DNA from: an uncultured delta proteobacterium
Lineage (GTDB): Bacteria; Myxococcota_A; Polyangia; Palsa-1104
Direction: 5' to 3'
Assembly (NCBI GenBank): GCA_963785725.1
Contig: CAWAWS010000018.1
Coordinates: 96,001-160,000 of the forward strand
Length of the DNA stretch: 64,000 nucleotides
The position numbers and the translations under genes are program-made. Numbering within the stretch: the first letter of the stretch is position 1; each line of letters begins with the position of its first letter. Positions 1-9,598 of the stretch are shown one piece after another. The notes under the pieces were generated by a model, which saw only the letters and a program-made list of their open reading frames with translations, was not told the origin of the DNA and did not search any database.

Positions 1-831
1 AAAGTGTTGCCCGCCGACAAGGCGCAGCACAAGGAGCTGGCGGCGCGCTTCGGTCGCGAGGTGACGACGGCCAAGCGTATCGACCACCCCAACATCGCGA
101 CCATCATCGACTCGGGCGCGATCGAGGACGGGTCGCTCTATCTCGTCATGGAGCTCTTGCGCGGGACGCTCTTGTCGACGGCGTTGGAAGCGGGGCGATT
201 GCCGACGGCGCGGGCGCTCATCATCGCGCGGCAGATGCTGACCGGGCTCGGCGAGGCGCATCGGCTCGGCATCGTGCATCGCGACGTCAAGCCGCAGAAT
301 GTCATGCTCGTCGACGTCAACGGCTTGGAGGTCGTCAAGCTCTTCGACTTCGGCATCGCGTCGAACGACCGGGCGGCGCTCAAGCTGACGGCGCCGGGGA
401 CGGCGTTCGGCACGCCCGAATACATCGCGCCCGAGCAGGCGATGGGGCAAAAGGTCGACGCGCGCGCCGATGTCTACGGCGTCGGCGTCGTGCTGTTCGA
501 GATGGCGACCGGGCGGCTGCCGTTCCAGAGCGAGGATGACCTCGGCTATCTGCGCGCGCACATCAAGCAGCCGCCGCCGGCGCCGAGCGCGGTCGCGGCC
601 GACGCGCAGCTGAGCCGCGCCTTCGATGCCATCGTGCTCAAGGCGATGCAGAAGGAGCCCGAGGCGCGCTTCGAAACGGCGGAGGCGATGATCGCGGCCA
701 TCGACAAGGTGGCGGGCCATCTGCCGTTGCAAGCCAGCGGCGGCAAGAGCGGCGGCGCGCGCAAAGTCGTCATGCTGCTCATTCTGTTGGCGCTCGCCGT
801 GGCCATTCTGCACTTCGCGCACCTGCTGTAG
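1..831 (+). CDS. Ser/Thr protein kinase with C-terminal membrane anchor (5' truncated by window edge)
   Basis: HRDVKPQN catalytic loop, DFG, GTPEYIAPEQ; hydrophobic C-terminus; frame open to position 1. Confidence 0.92.
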   Translation, partial: KVLPADKAQHKELAARFGREVTTAKRIDHPNIATIIDSGAIEDGSLYLVMELLRGTLLSTALEAGRLPTARALIIARQMLTGLGEAHRLGIVHRDVKPQNVMLVDVNGLEVVKLFDFGIASNDRAALKLTAPGTAFGTPEYIAPEQAMGQKVDARADVYGVGVVLFEMATGRLPFQSEDDLGYLRAHIKQPPPAPSAVAADAQLSRAFDAIVLKAMQKEPEARFETAEAMIAAIDKVAGHLPLQASGGKSGGARKVVMLLILLALAVAILHFAHLL

Positions 832-917
832 CGCCGTCGCGTCGCCGAGTCGTCGCCGCGCGTTGCGGTGCGCGTCGTCACCAGGCGCGGCTGCGTGCGC
901 GTGTTAGAAGCTGCCGC

Positions 918-2258
918 ATGCGCATGTCGGTGATGGTCGCGGTCCTCTTCGCGGTCGCGGGATGCAAGTCGAGCGAGAGGTGCTCGGGCGCGATCGGCTG
1001 CGCCAAAGGCAGCTATCAGGCCTGCTCCGACGGGAGCTCCTGCCGCTACCAGACCAGCGACGGGCAGTCGTTCGCCTGCGCCAGCTGCGCCGACTGCACG
1101 GGCGCGGTCGGCGCGGCGCTGGCGTGGTGCGGCGCGCCCAGCGTCTTCGGCAGCGACGGCGGCGCGGTGGCGGAGACGCCGGCGTGCATGGACTATCTGA
1201 CCTGCGTGGCGGCGACGGCGCCGGCGCAGCTCGCGACGCTGACGGCGGCGTACGGGCCGGGCGGCAGCTGCTGGCTGTCGAGCGCGACGGCGGCCTCGTG
1301 TGACGACGCGTGCAAGGCGGCGCTCGCGTCGTGCGGCGGCAGCAGCGGCGGTGACGGCAGCGCCGGCGGCGGCAGTGGCGGCGGCGGCAGTGGCGGTGGT
1401 GGCAGTGGCGGCGGCGGCAGTGGCGGCGGCGGCGGCGGCATCAGCCCGCCCGACATGAGCATGCCGGTCTATCAGAAGACGACCGTGGCGATGATGCGCG
1501 CGAGCAGCGCCGGTGCGTACGAGCTCGACGGTCCGATCGCCATCGCCATCACCTCGAGCACGACGTCGCCGCGGCTCCTCTTTCAGGACGCCACCGGCGG
1601 CCCATTTTCCGCCATGCTCGGCAAAGCCTCGACGACGAGCCCGACGGTCGCGACGACGATCGCCACGATCGCCACCGGCAGCATCCTCGGCATCAAGGGG
1701 CAGTACACGAAGAGCGCCGGCTTCGAGCAGTTCTACATCGACGCCATCGTCGTCACCGGCGCGGCCGCGCTGCCGGCGCCGGCGTCGCTGCAGCTCGCCG
1801 ACGTGCAGCGCAACGCCAACAGCACCGCCTGGTGGTTCCAGCGCGTGACCGTCAGCCTCGGCGCCACGCCGCTCGAGATGTACGACTTCTCGCCCGCCGA
1901 GCTGCAGTACGTCTCGACGGTGGCCACCTGTCCGGCCTACTTCGGCTGGGGCATGGTGCCGGCGACGTCGTCGGATACGGTGGGCGCCGCGTGCAGCGGC
2001 CAACTCCAGCCGCCGAGCGCCACCGGCGGCGGCGCGGCGCCGAGCGACGAGCTGCTCATCGGCACCGACTTCTACAAGACGTTCAAGTACTCGGCCGACT
2101 GCCTGTGCGCGGCGCAGCAGCAGAACACTTTATTGGCCGGCACCAACACGCTCGCCGGGACGCTCGCCGGCGTCCTCATCGGCACGACGCCGTACATGCA
2201 GACGACGATCTATCAATATGTCGCGCCGACCTCGCCCAGCGACGCCGTCTTTCAATAG
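918..2258 (+). CDS. Cys-rich secreted lipoprotein of unknown function
   Basis: Signal peptide with lipobox AVAGC; Cys-rich N-terminal modules; Gly/Ser linker; GC3-biased codons. Confidence 0.8.
   Translation: MRMSVMVAVLFAVAGCKSSERCSGAIGCAKGSYQACSDGSSCRYQTSDGQSFACASCADCTGAVGAALAWCGAPSVFGSDGGAVAETPACMDYLTCVAATAPAQLATLTAAYGPGGSCWLSSATAASCDDACKAALASCGGSSGGDGSAGGGSGGGGSGGGGSGGGGSGGGGGGISPPDMSMPVYQKTTVAMMRASSAGAYELDGPIAIAITSSTTSPRLLFQDATGGPFSAMLGKASTTSPTVATTIATIATGSILGIKGQYTKSAGFEQFYIDAIVVTGAAALPAPASLQLADVQRNANSTAWWFQRVTVSLGATPLEMYDFSPAELQYVSTVATCPAYFGWGMVPATSSDTVGAACSGQLQPPSATGGGAAPSDELLIGTDFYKTFKYSADCLCAAQQQNTLLAGTNTLAGTLAGVLIGTTPYMQTTIYQYVAPTSPSDAVFQ
1364..1439 (+). repeat. GGC/AGT tandem repeat encoding a natural (G4S)n linker
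   Basis: Translates GGGSGGGGSGGGGSGGGGSGGGGGG inside the 918..2258 ORF. Confidence 0.8.
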
Positions 2259-2306
2259 CCTCCGCTGCACGTCCGCTCGTCGCCGCCGCCCCTCAAATTA
2301 TGTTGA

Positions 2307-2351
2307 TGGAACGCGTTCTAGTTTTGTGTTAGTGAACTGGAACACGTTCTA
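2307..2351. promoter_or_regulatory. Pair of KstR-type operators
   Basis: TGGAACGCGTTCTA (2307-2320) and TGGAACACGTTCTA (2338-2351) both match TnnAACnnGTTnnA. Confidence 0.85.
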
Positions 2352-2372
2352 CTCGTGGAAAAGGGGCTAAGC

Positions 2373-3962
2373 ATGGGCTCGACCTCGTGGCTCGGCAGGG
2401 CGTTCCTGTTGGCGGCGCTGGTGTCCTTCGGCTGTGCGAAGGCCTCGACGGGTGGCAACGGCCCGCGGCACGACCTCGGAGTCGGCGTCGGTGGCGGCGG
2501 TGACGACGGCGATATGGCGGTCGCCGATCTATCGAGCGGCGGTGGCGGCGATCTGACGCCGCCGGCGCCCGATCTGATCGGCCAGCCCATCTGCTATCCG
2601 CCGCGCGACGGCGAGATCTGTCCCGAGGCCATCTTCGTCTCGCCGACGGGCGATGATACGAAAGATGGCCAGTCGCCGGGCACCGCCGTGCAGCACATCA
2701 ACATGGGCATCACGCGCTCGCTCGCCTGCGCGTTCATCCCGTGCGTCATCCTCGTCGCTGCCGGCACCTACAACGAGCAGGTCACGCTGCACGAGAACTT
2801 GAACATCCTGGGCGGCTACAGCGCCGACTTCTTGCACAACGATCCGACGGCCAACGTCGTCAACATCACGTCGACCGAGGACAAGACGGTCATCGCCTCG
2901 GCGCTGGCCGTGCCGACGAAGCTCGACGGCGTCACCATCACCGGCGGCTCGCTGACGACGAACGATGGCACGTCGAGCATCGGGCTCTTCGTCAGCAACA
3001 CGCATAGCGCGCTCACCGTGTCACGCAGCATCATCATAGGCGGCACCGGCGCCTCCGGGACGCCGGGGGCGCCGGGCGCCGCGCTCGCTTGCGGCACCGT
3101 CGGCGCATCGGGCGGCACGGCGTTCGATTGCGGCGGCTCGACGGGCGGCTTCGGCACCGCCGCCGGCGACGCCACCAGCGGCGGCGCGGCCGGCACCGGC
3201 GGCAGCAGCAACTGCCCCGACGCCTGCCCGCTCGTCGGCAGCGACGGCATCAGCGACGGCAGCGACGGCACGCCCGGCGGCAACGGCAGCGACGGCACCG
3301 GCGGCACGGCGCCGACCGACGTCTTCGGCAGCTTCGGCACGGGCGGCGTGTGGCAGGGCACCGTCGGCACCGGCGGCACGCGCGGCTTCAACGGCACCGG
3401 CGGTGGTGGCGGCGGCTCGGGCGGCACCAAGCGCATTCGCAGCTGCTTCGGCTGCGGCACGCTCATCGGCGGTCGCGGCGGCGACGGCGCGCCCGGCGGC
3501 TGCGGCGGCGGACCGGGCGGCGCGGGCGGCGCCGGCGGCGGTGCCTTCGCGGCCGTGCTCGTCGACTCCGAGATCACCTTCGACAACGTCACGGTGCAAG
3601 GCGGAACCGGCGGGCTCGGCGGCGCCGGCGGCGACGGCGCCGGCGGTCAAGCGGGCAGCACGGCGATCGACAACGGCATCACCGGCAGCGCGTCGTCGAA
3701 GTGCGGGCTCATCAATTATCACTCGGGTAACGGCGGCCATGGCGGCGTCGGCGGCAACGGCGGCAACGGCGGCGGCGGCGGCGGCGGTGCGGGCGGGCCG
3801 TCGGTGGCGCTGGCGCGCATCGGCAGCTCGGCCGTGACCGAGCTGCACACGGTGACGGTGATGCCGGGCGCGGCGGGCATCGGCGGCGCGGGCGGCAAAG
3901 GCCCGGGCGCGGCCGGCGCGGCTGGTCCGCTCGGCGGCGTCGACACCGATCGCGCATTCTAA
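2373..3962 (+). CDS. Gly-rich (PGRS-like) surface lipoprotein with DUF1565/beta-helix-like N-terminal domain
   Basis: Lipobox VSFGC; IFVSPTGDD..GQSPG..VQHI..I..VAAGTYNE motif typical of DUF1565-type domains; GGxGGxG repeats; AAGGGG upstream of ATG 2373. Confidence 0.8.
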   Translation: MGSTSWLGRAFLLAALVSFGCAKASTGGNGPRHDLGVGVGGGGDDGDMAVADLSSGGGGDLTPPAPDLIGQPICYPPRDGEICPEAIFVSPTGDDTKDGQSPGTAVQHINMGITRSLACAFIPCVILVAAGTYNEQVTLHENLNILGGYSADFLHNDPTANVVNITSTEDKTVIASALAVPTKLDGVTITGGSLTTNDGTSSIGLFVSNTHSALTVSRSIIIGGTGASGTPGAPGAALACGTVGASGGTAFDCGGSTGGFGTAAGDATSGGAAGTGGSSNCPDACPLVGSDGISDGSDGTPGGNGSDGTGGTAPTDVFGSFGTGGVWQGTVGTGGTRGFNGTGGGGGGSGGTKRIRSCFGCGTLIGGRGGDGAPGGCGGGPGGAGGAGGGAFAAVLVDSEITFDNVTVQGGTGGLGGAGGDGAGGQAGSTAIDNGITGSASSKCGLINYHSGNGGHGGVGGNGGNGGGGGGGAGGPSVALARIGSSAVTELHTVTVMPGAAGIGGAGGKGPGAAGAAGPLGGVDTDRAF

Positions 3963-3995
3963 GGACTTAGAGCGCGACGATCGATTCCGGAGGAT

Positions 3996-4031
3996 GGTGG
4001 GCCCGTCGGAAATTTCCCCCGACCGCCCACC
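3996..4031. terminator. GC-rich stem-loop downstream of the Gly-rich lipoprotein gene
   Basis: GGTGGGC..GTCGG-loop-CCGAC..GCCCACC inverted repeat; no clear U-tract. Confidence 0.4.
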
Positions 4032-4096
4032 CCACTTATCGGCGCATGGCCCAAGAAAGTTGCGCCCTAAGAGCTGGGCTGTGCTGCCGGCGCGAC

Positions 4097-4711
4097 ATGG
4101 ACGACGTGCAGTGGCCGTGCTACGAGCGCGAGGTGGGCAGTCGCGATCCGTCCAACGGCTATGAACGGAACGCAGCCGACTTCATCGAGGTGCGCAGCGG
4201 CATCGGCGCCGGCATGGTGGCCGCGTGGGCGCGCGCGCTGCCGGCGGCCGCGGCGATCCTCGACTTGGGCTGCGGGTCGGGCGTGCCGATCGCCGAGACG
4301 CTCGTCAACGCCGGCTGCGAGGTCTACGCTGTCGACGCCTCGCCGACGATGGTTGCTGCGTTCCGCGCCCGCTTTCCCCAGCTCGCCGTGCAGTGCGCTG
4401 ACGTCGAGGACGCTGATTTCTTCGGACGCAGCTTCGACGGTATCGTTGCCTGGGGTCTCATCTTCCTGCTCGATGCCGGCGCGCAACGCCGCCTGATCGC
4501 CAAGATAGCGGGCGCGCTGCGGAGCGGCGGCAGCCTGCTGTTCACGGCTCCTCGCGTCGCCTGTTCCTGGCCCGACGTCATGACCGGGCAGACCTCGATC
4601 TCGCTCGGTCTCGACGAATATCGTCGTCAGCTGGAAGCAGGCGGGCTCACGCTCGTCGGAACCGAGACGGACGAAGGCGACAACCACTACTACCGCGCGG
4701 TCAAACGATAG
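4097..4711 (+). CDS. Class I SAM-dependent methyltransferase (start uncertain)
   Basis: ILDLGCGSG motif I, AVDAS, FDGI, LRSGGSLLF. Confidence 0.85.
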   Translation: MDDVQWPCYEREVGSRDPSNGYERNAADFIEVRSGIGAGMVAAWARALPAAAAILDLGCGSGVPIAETLVNAGCEVYAVDASPTMVAAFRARFPQLAVQCADVEDADFFGRSFDGIVAWGLIFLLDAGAQRRLIAKIAGALRSGGSLLFTAPRVACSWPDVMTGQTSISLGLDEYRRQLEAGGLTLVGTETDEGDNHYYRAVKR

Positions 4712-4809
4712 CCGCGTGCGCTTCAACATCGATAGTGTGAGCTCGAACGACCGTTGAAGCGGCCGGAGCGACGATAGTTTAACCTTGAACTACTCGGGAG
4801 CGAGCTAAC

Positions 4810-5394
4810 TCAGGAGCGCGGCAGCCCCTCGAGGTGCGCCGCGATTTTGTTCGCAAGGTCTTCGGCGGCCGGCTTCAGCGCCGGCGCCAGCATCGCGTTC
4901 ACGAGCGGTCCGGCGGGGCCGCCGGCGTCCATGCGCAGCCGAAACGTCAACTGCGACTCCGCCGCGCCGGCCGCTGCCAACCGCTCGGGCGCCTTGCCGT
5001 TGACCCAGCGGAACATCAGCCGGAAAAAGCCGTCGACCAAGCGGCGCCACACGCTCGCCTTCGCCGGCTTCGCCTTCTCGATCGCCGCGCCCGCCGTCGC
5101 CGCCGGCTTGCCGATGGTGAGCGTGCCGCCGCCTTCGACGACCTCGTCGAGCCCGACCAGCGTGAACGACACGCGCTCCGGGCCGTTCCATTCGGTGACG
5201 TGCGCCTTCAATCGCACCGTCCGGCTCAAGACGCCGACGTCGCCTTTGAGCGTCCAGATCGAGTCGGTCTCGCTCTCGATCTCGTGCTTTTGATAGCCGG
5301 TCAAGAACGGCGCCCAATTGTTCATGTCGCGCACGAATTCCCACACCCGCTCGGGCGCCAAGGTCATCGTCGTGACGTATTCGACTTCGGGCAT
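4810..5394 (-). CDS. SRPBCC/CoxG (START-like) lipid-binding protein
   Basis: MPEVEY..PERVWEFVRDMNNWAPFLTGY; AAGGAG SD before ATG 5394; last gene of the echA19-kstD operon. Confidence 0.8.
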   Translation of the reverse strand: MPEVEYVTTMTLAPERVWEFVRDMNNWAPFLTGYQKHEIESETDSIWTLKGDVGVLSRTVRLKAHVTEWNGPERVSFTLVGLDEVVEGGGTLTIGKPAATAGAAIEKAKPAKASVWRRLVDGFFRLMFRWVNGKAPERLAAAGAAESQLTFRLRMDAGGPAGPLVNAMLAPALKPAAEDLANKIAAHLEGLPRS

Positions 5395-5426
5395 GGGCTC
5401 GCTCTCCTTCGCTTCGCCTACAGTGG

Positions 5427-7076
5427 CTACGTGTTGCGCGCGGCGGCGCGTCCGGCGATGTAGCCGAACGTCATCGCCGTGCCGATGGTGCTGCCGGCGC
5501 CGGGATAGCCCGGTCCGGTGATGCCGGCCATGACGTTGCCGGCGGCGTACAAGCCGGCGATGGCGCCGCCGCGCACGTGCAGCACGTTCGCCTTGTCGTC
5601 GACGCGCGCGCCGCCTTTGGTGCCGATGGCGCCGGGATGGACCTCCAGCGCGTAAAACGGCCCCTTCTCGATCGTGCCCAAGTTGGGGTTCGGCGTGTGC
5701 TCGGGATCGCCGTAGAAGTGGTCGTAGAGGCTGGTGCCGCGGCCGAAATCCTGGTCTTTGCCGTCGCGCGCGAAGCCGTTGAAGCGCGCGACCGTCGCGT
5801 CGAGGCCGGCCGCGTCGATGCCGATCTTGGCGGCCAGCTCGGCGACGGAGTCGGCGCGGCGAATCCACTCCGGCACCGGCATGCCGGGAATGATCGTGAG
5901 CAGCGCATACCGCTCGACGAACTGCTGATCCAAGATCAGCCACGCCGGCAAGTTCGGCCGTTCATAGGCGACCGGATCGAAGCCGAAGAACGGCTTCATC
6001 ATGTCGTTGTAGTTGTGCGCCTCGTTGACGAAGCGCGCCCCTTTCTTGTTGACGATGATGGAGTGGGGCAGCGAGCGAATCGCGAAGTCGCCGCGATGGA
6101 GCTGCACGCCGTCGTATTCTTCGCCCGGCACGTCCACCGACGGGCACCACCACGCCTCGGACATGTTGCCGAGGTCGGCGCCGAGCGCCATCGCCATCTT
6201 GAGGCCGTCGCCTTCGTTGGTCGGCGGCGAGTTCGGATGCGTCAGCTGCCCGCCCAAGAAGCGCGCGACCAGCTCTTTGGACCACTCGAAGCCGCCCGAC
6301 GCCAAGATGACGCCGCGCTTGGCGCTGATGACGAAGTCCTTGCCGTCGCGCTCGGCGCGCAGGCCGACGACGCGGCCATCCTCGACGAGCAATTCCTTGG
6401 CCGACGTCGACAACAGCGGCTCGATGCCCTTGTCGAGCACGCCTTTCAACAAGCCGCCGACGAGTGCGCCGCCGTAACAGACGAGCCCTTGCGAGAAGCG
6501 CTGGCCGAGCAGCTTGAAGGGCAGCGCGCGCGGCTTGGCGAACACGCCCCAGTCGGTCGCTTCGGTCACCGACATCGCCGTCATGCCGAAGACCGGCGAC
6601 TTGCGCAGCTTGTCCTTCCACGGCCCGAGCGAATTGGTGTCGAAGAGCCCGGGATCGAGCGAGCGACCACCCGGCTTGGCGCCGGCAAACTCCGGGTGAT
6701 AGTCGGGATAGCGCGGCAACGCCGTGAATTTGACCGGCGTCGTCTCCTCGATGAACTTCAGCATCTGCGGCGCTTCGTCGAGGTAGAGCTCGATCAGCTT
6801 CGGATCCGAGCGGCCGTCGCTCAAGCGCGTCACGTAGGCGAGCGCTTCGGCGCGCGAGTCGTCGATGCCGGCTTCGCGCATGTGGTGGTTCGTGGGAATC
6901 CACAAGACGCCGCCCGAGACCGCGGTCGTGCCGCCGACCTTGGACGCCTTCTCGATGATCGTGACTTTGGCGCCGCCTTGATGCGCGGCCAGCGCCGCGG
7001 CCAAACCGGCGCCGCCGGTGCCGATGACGAGCACGTCGGTCTCGACGTTGGGCTTCGATTTACGGAACCAGCTCAT
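5427..7076 (-). CDS. kstD: 3-ketosteroid Delta1-dehydrogenase
   Basis: GTGGAG FAD motif, GGTTAVSGG.W.P, YPDY, GTKGG, GLYAAGN, GYPGAGSTIG. Confidence 0.88.
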   Translation of the reverse strand: MSWFRKSKPNVETDVLVIGTGGAGLAAALAAHQGGAKVTIIEKASKVGGTTAVSGGVLWIPTNHHMREAGIDDSRAEALAYVTRLSDGRSDPKLIELYLDEAPQMLKFIEETTPVKFTALPRYPDYHPEFAGAKPGGRSLDPGLFDTNSLGPWKDKLRKSPVFGMTAMSVTEATDWGVFAKPRALPFKLLGQRFSQGLVCYGGALVGGLLKGVLDKGIEPLLSTSAKELLVEDGRVVGLRAERDGKDFVISAKRGVILASGGFEWSKELVARFLGGQLTHPNSPPTNEGDGLKMAMALGADLGNMSEAWWCPSVDVPGEEYDGVQLHRGDFAIRSLPHSIIVNKKGARFVNEAHNYNDMMKPFFGFDPVAYERPNLPAWLILDQQFVERYALLTIIPGMPVPEWIRRADSVAELAAKIGIDAAGLDATVARFNGFARDGKDQDFGRGTSLYDHFYGDPEHTPNPNLGTIEKGPFYALEVHPGAIGTKGGARVDDKANVLHVRGGAIAGLYAAGNVMAGITGPGYPGAGSTIGTAMTFGYIAGRAAARNT

Positions 7077-7102
7077 CGCGCGCTACTCCTTTGGCCTTGG
7101 GC

Positions 7103-8761
7103 TCAGCGTGCCGCCGCGTGCCGGCCGGCGAGCCAGCCGCCGACGAGCCCGCGCAAGTTGGACAGACCGCTCTGATAGCCGGCGCCGATGTCGAGCGGCG
7201 CGGCGGCGTTTCCCGCCGCGTACAAGCCGGGAATGGCGCGCCCGCGCACGTGCAGCACCTGCGCCGACGTGTTCGTGCGCAGGCCGGCGGCGTTGATGCC
7301 GGCCGAGACCACGCGCAGCGGCAAGCCGTAGAACGGCCCCTTCGTCAGCGGGCCGAGGCTGGGATTGCCGGCTTTTTTGCGGTCGCCGGTCATCATCACC
7401 GCCCACGGATATTGGCCGCGACCGAAATCCTGGTCGACGCCCTCCTCGGCGAAGCGGTTGAAGCGCGTCACGGTCGCCTCCAGCGCGTCGGCGTCGATGC
7501 CCAAGATGCCGGCCAATTCGCGCAGCGTCGGCGCGCGATGGACGAGCGACTCCGGCAGATCCTGCGACGGCAATAAGCGGCCTAACGGATACTTCTCGCG
7601 GAACTGAGAATCGAATATCAAGAACGGCGGGAAGTTGGGCTGCGCCTGTTTCACGCCGTCCCAGTTGTGCGCTTTCGGTGAATAATCCTTATAGAACGAT
7701 TCATCGGCGAAGCGTTTGCCGGCTTTGTTGACCCAGATGGCGTGCGGGAAGCCGCCGTCCCACGAGCCGCGATAGAGCTTCTTGCCTTCCTGCTCTTCGC
7801 CGGGAATGTGGTAGCCGAACATGAGCCCGAGGTTCGCCGGCGGCACGGCCGCGATGGCGGCGCCCGCTTCGGTCCCGAGCAAGAAGCCGTCGCCGGCGAC
7901 CGTCGGTTGACACATCGAGTTCCACTCGGGCAGCTGCTCGAACCACTTCGGCAGATCGGGGTGCCAGTCGTAGCCGCCGGTCGCCAAGAGCACGCCCTTC
8001 TTCGCGTGCACGAGGAAGTCTTTGCCGTCGCGGGTCGCGCGCACGCCGATGACCTCGCCGTTCTCGACGATCAATTCTTTGACCGGCGTCTCCAAATAAG
8101 CCGGGATTTTGCGGTCGATGAGCGCGTTCTTGACGAAGTAGGCCATGAGGCCGGGGCCGAAGCCGCGCATGTCCTCGGTCATGCGCTGGCCGAGCACGGC
8201 GAAGTCCCAGCTCATGATGCTGGTGAAGCCGCCCCAGCCGAACAGCTCGTCGTGCGTGATGCCGATGGGCACGTGCGGCGAGAGGAACGTCTTTTTGCGC
8301 CAATCGCCGAGGTCATGCCCTTTGATGAGCTCGACTTCGAGATAACGACCGGCCGCCAACGTTCCCGGCGCGTGCGGATAATAATAATCGGGGAAATCCT
8401 TGATCAGCTTCCATTTGACACCGGCTTTATCGCCGAACCATTTGACGGCTTCGACGCCGGCGTCGACGAGCGTGCCTTGCAGCTCGGGATCTTCGTAGCC
8501 GGCGCCGAGGAACTTCAAATACTCGAGGCCGCGCTCGCGGGAATCGGAGATTCCGGCGGCCGCTTGTAAATGATTATTGGGCAGGAATACTTCGCCGCCC
8601 GAATAGGCGCTGATGCCGCCAAGCTTGCGCGCCTTTTCGAGGACGACGACCTTCTTGCCCGCGTCGTGCGCGACGATGGCCGCGCCGAGCCCGCCCAAGC
8701 CCGAGCCGACCGACACGACGTCTACTTCCAAGTCCCATTTACGGCGATTGAACATCGACAT
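7103..8761 (-). CDS. Second 3-ketosteroid dehydrogenase-family flavoprotein (Delta1 or Delta4 type)
   Basis: GSGLGG FAD motif, GGISAYSGG, FPDYY, GLYAAGN, GYQSG. Confidence 0.8.
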   Translation of the reverse strand: MSMFNRRKWDLEVDVVSVGSGLGGLGAAIVAHDAGKKVVVLEKARKLGGISAYSGGEVFLPNNHLQAAAGISDSRERGLEYLKFLGAGYEDPELQGTLVDAGVEAVKWFGDKAGVKWKLIKDFPDYYYPHAPGTLAAGRYLEVELIKGHDLGDWRKKTFLSPHVPIGITHDELFGWGGFTSIMSWDFAVLGQRMTEDMRGFGPGLMAYFVKNALIDRKIPAYLETPVKELIVENGEVIGVRATRDGKDFLVHAKKGVLLATGGYDWHPDLPKWFEQLPEWNSMCQPTVAGDGFLLGTEAGAAIAAVPPANLGLMFGYHIPGEEQEGKKLYRGSWDGGFPHAIWVNKAGKRFADESFYKDYSPKAHNWDGVKQAQPNFPPFLIFDSQFREKYPLGRLLPSQDLPESLVHRAPTLRELAGILGIDADALEATVTRFNRFAEEGVDQDFGRGQYPWAVMMTGDRKKAGNPSLGPLTKGPFYGLPLRVVSAGINAAGLRTNTSAQVLHVRGRAIPGLYAAGNAAAPLDIGAGYQSGLSNLRGLVGGWLAGRHAAAR

Positions 8762-8771
8762 CGCGAACCTC

Positions 8772-9596
8772 TTACGAGAGTAGGAATCCGCCGTCGACGA
8801 GCAGCATCGCGCCCGTGACGTAATCGGCCATCGGCGTCGCCAAGAACAGGATCGCGCGCGCCACATCGTCGGGATCGCCCATGCGCTTGAGCGGCAGCCG
8901 CGAGAAGAAATTCTTCGAGCGCGCCATGAGCTTCTTCGGGTCGTTCAAGATGTATTCGATCGACAGGCGCGCGCCCGGCGTTTGAATGCCGCCCGGCGCC
9001 ACGCAGTTGACGCGAATGCGCTGCTCGCGCAGCTCCCACGCCAGCGACTTGGTCAACATCAAGACGGCGCCTTTCGACGTCTCGTAATGGACCATGTCGC
9101 CTTCGGGATGCATGCCGGCGATCGACGCCAGGTTCACGACCGAGCCGCCGCCGGCGCGCGCCATGTGCGGCGCGGCGGCGCGCGTGCAGCGCATCGTGCC
9201 CATGACGTTGATGTCGAGCGTCTTTCGCCACAGCTCGTCGTCGGTCTCGAAGAACGGGCGAATCGGGAAGATGGCCGCGTTGTTGACGAGCACGTCGATG
9301 CGGCCGCGCGTCTCGGCGACGCGGTTGAAGCCGGTCGTGATGCTGGCGGCGTCGCTGACGTCGACGACGAGCGGCTCGGCCTGGCCGCCGCGCTCGCGAA
9401 TCGCCGCCGCCGTCGCCGCCGCGCTGCCTTCGTTCATGTCGGCGATCACGACGTGCGCGCCCACTTCGGCCAGGCGAAACGCCGTCGACTGCCCGATGCC
9501 GCGCCCGCCGCCGGTGACGATGGCGACTTTGCCCGACAGGTCGAACAGCTGATTCAGCGTCTGCGCCGGTGGATTGATCGCGTCATCCATGGACAT
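8772..9596 (-). CDS. SDR family oxidoreductase (candidate hydroxysteroid dehydrogenase)
   Basis: TGGGRGIG, NNA, YxxxK (YETSK), DGG. Confidence 0.88.
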   Translation of the reverse strand: MSMDDAINPPAQTLNQLFDLSGKVAIVTGGGRGIGQSTAFRLAEVGAHVVIADMNEGSAAATAAAIRERGGQAEPLVVDVSDAASITTGFNRVAETRGRIDVLVNNAAIFPIRPFFETDDELWRKTLDINVMGTMRCTRAAAPHMARAGGGSVVNLASIAGMHPEGDMVHYETSKGAVLMLTKSLAWELREQRIRVNCVAPGGIQTPGARLSIEYILNDPKKLMARSKNFFSRLPLKRMGDPDDVARAILFLATPMADYVTGAMLLVDGGFLLS

Positions 9597-9598
9597 GG

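Noticed and set aside
2373..3962. Mycobacterial PE_PGRS gene implying an actinobacterial host
   Set aside because: No PE domain; it has a lipoprotein signal, and the similarity is limited to Gly-rich low complexity
3990..4800. Methyltransferase region as a mobile element
   Set aside because: Codon style looks slightly atypical, but no terminal repeats, target duplication or recombinase were seen
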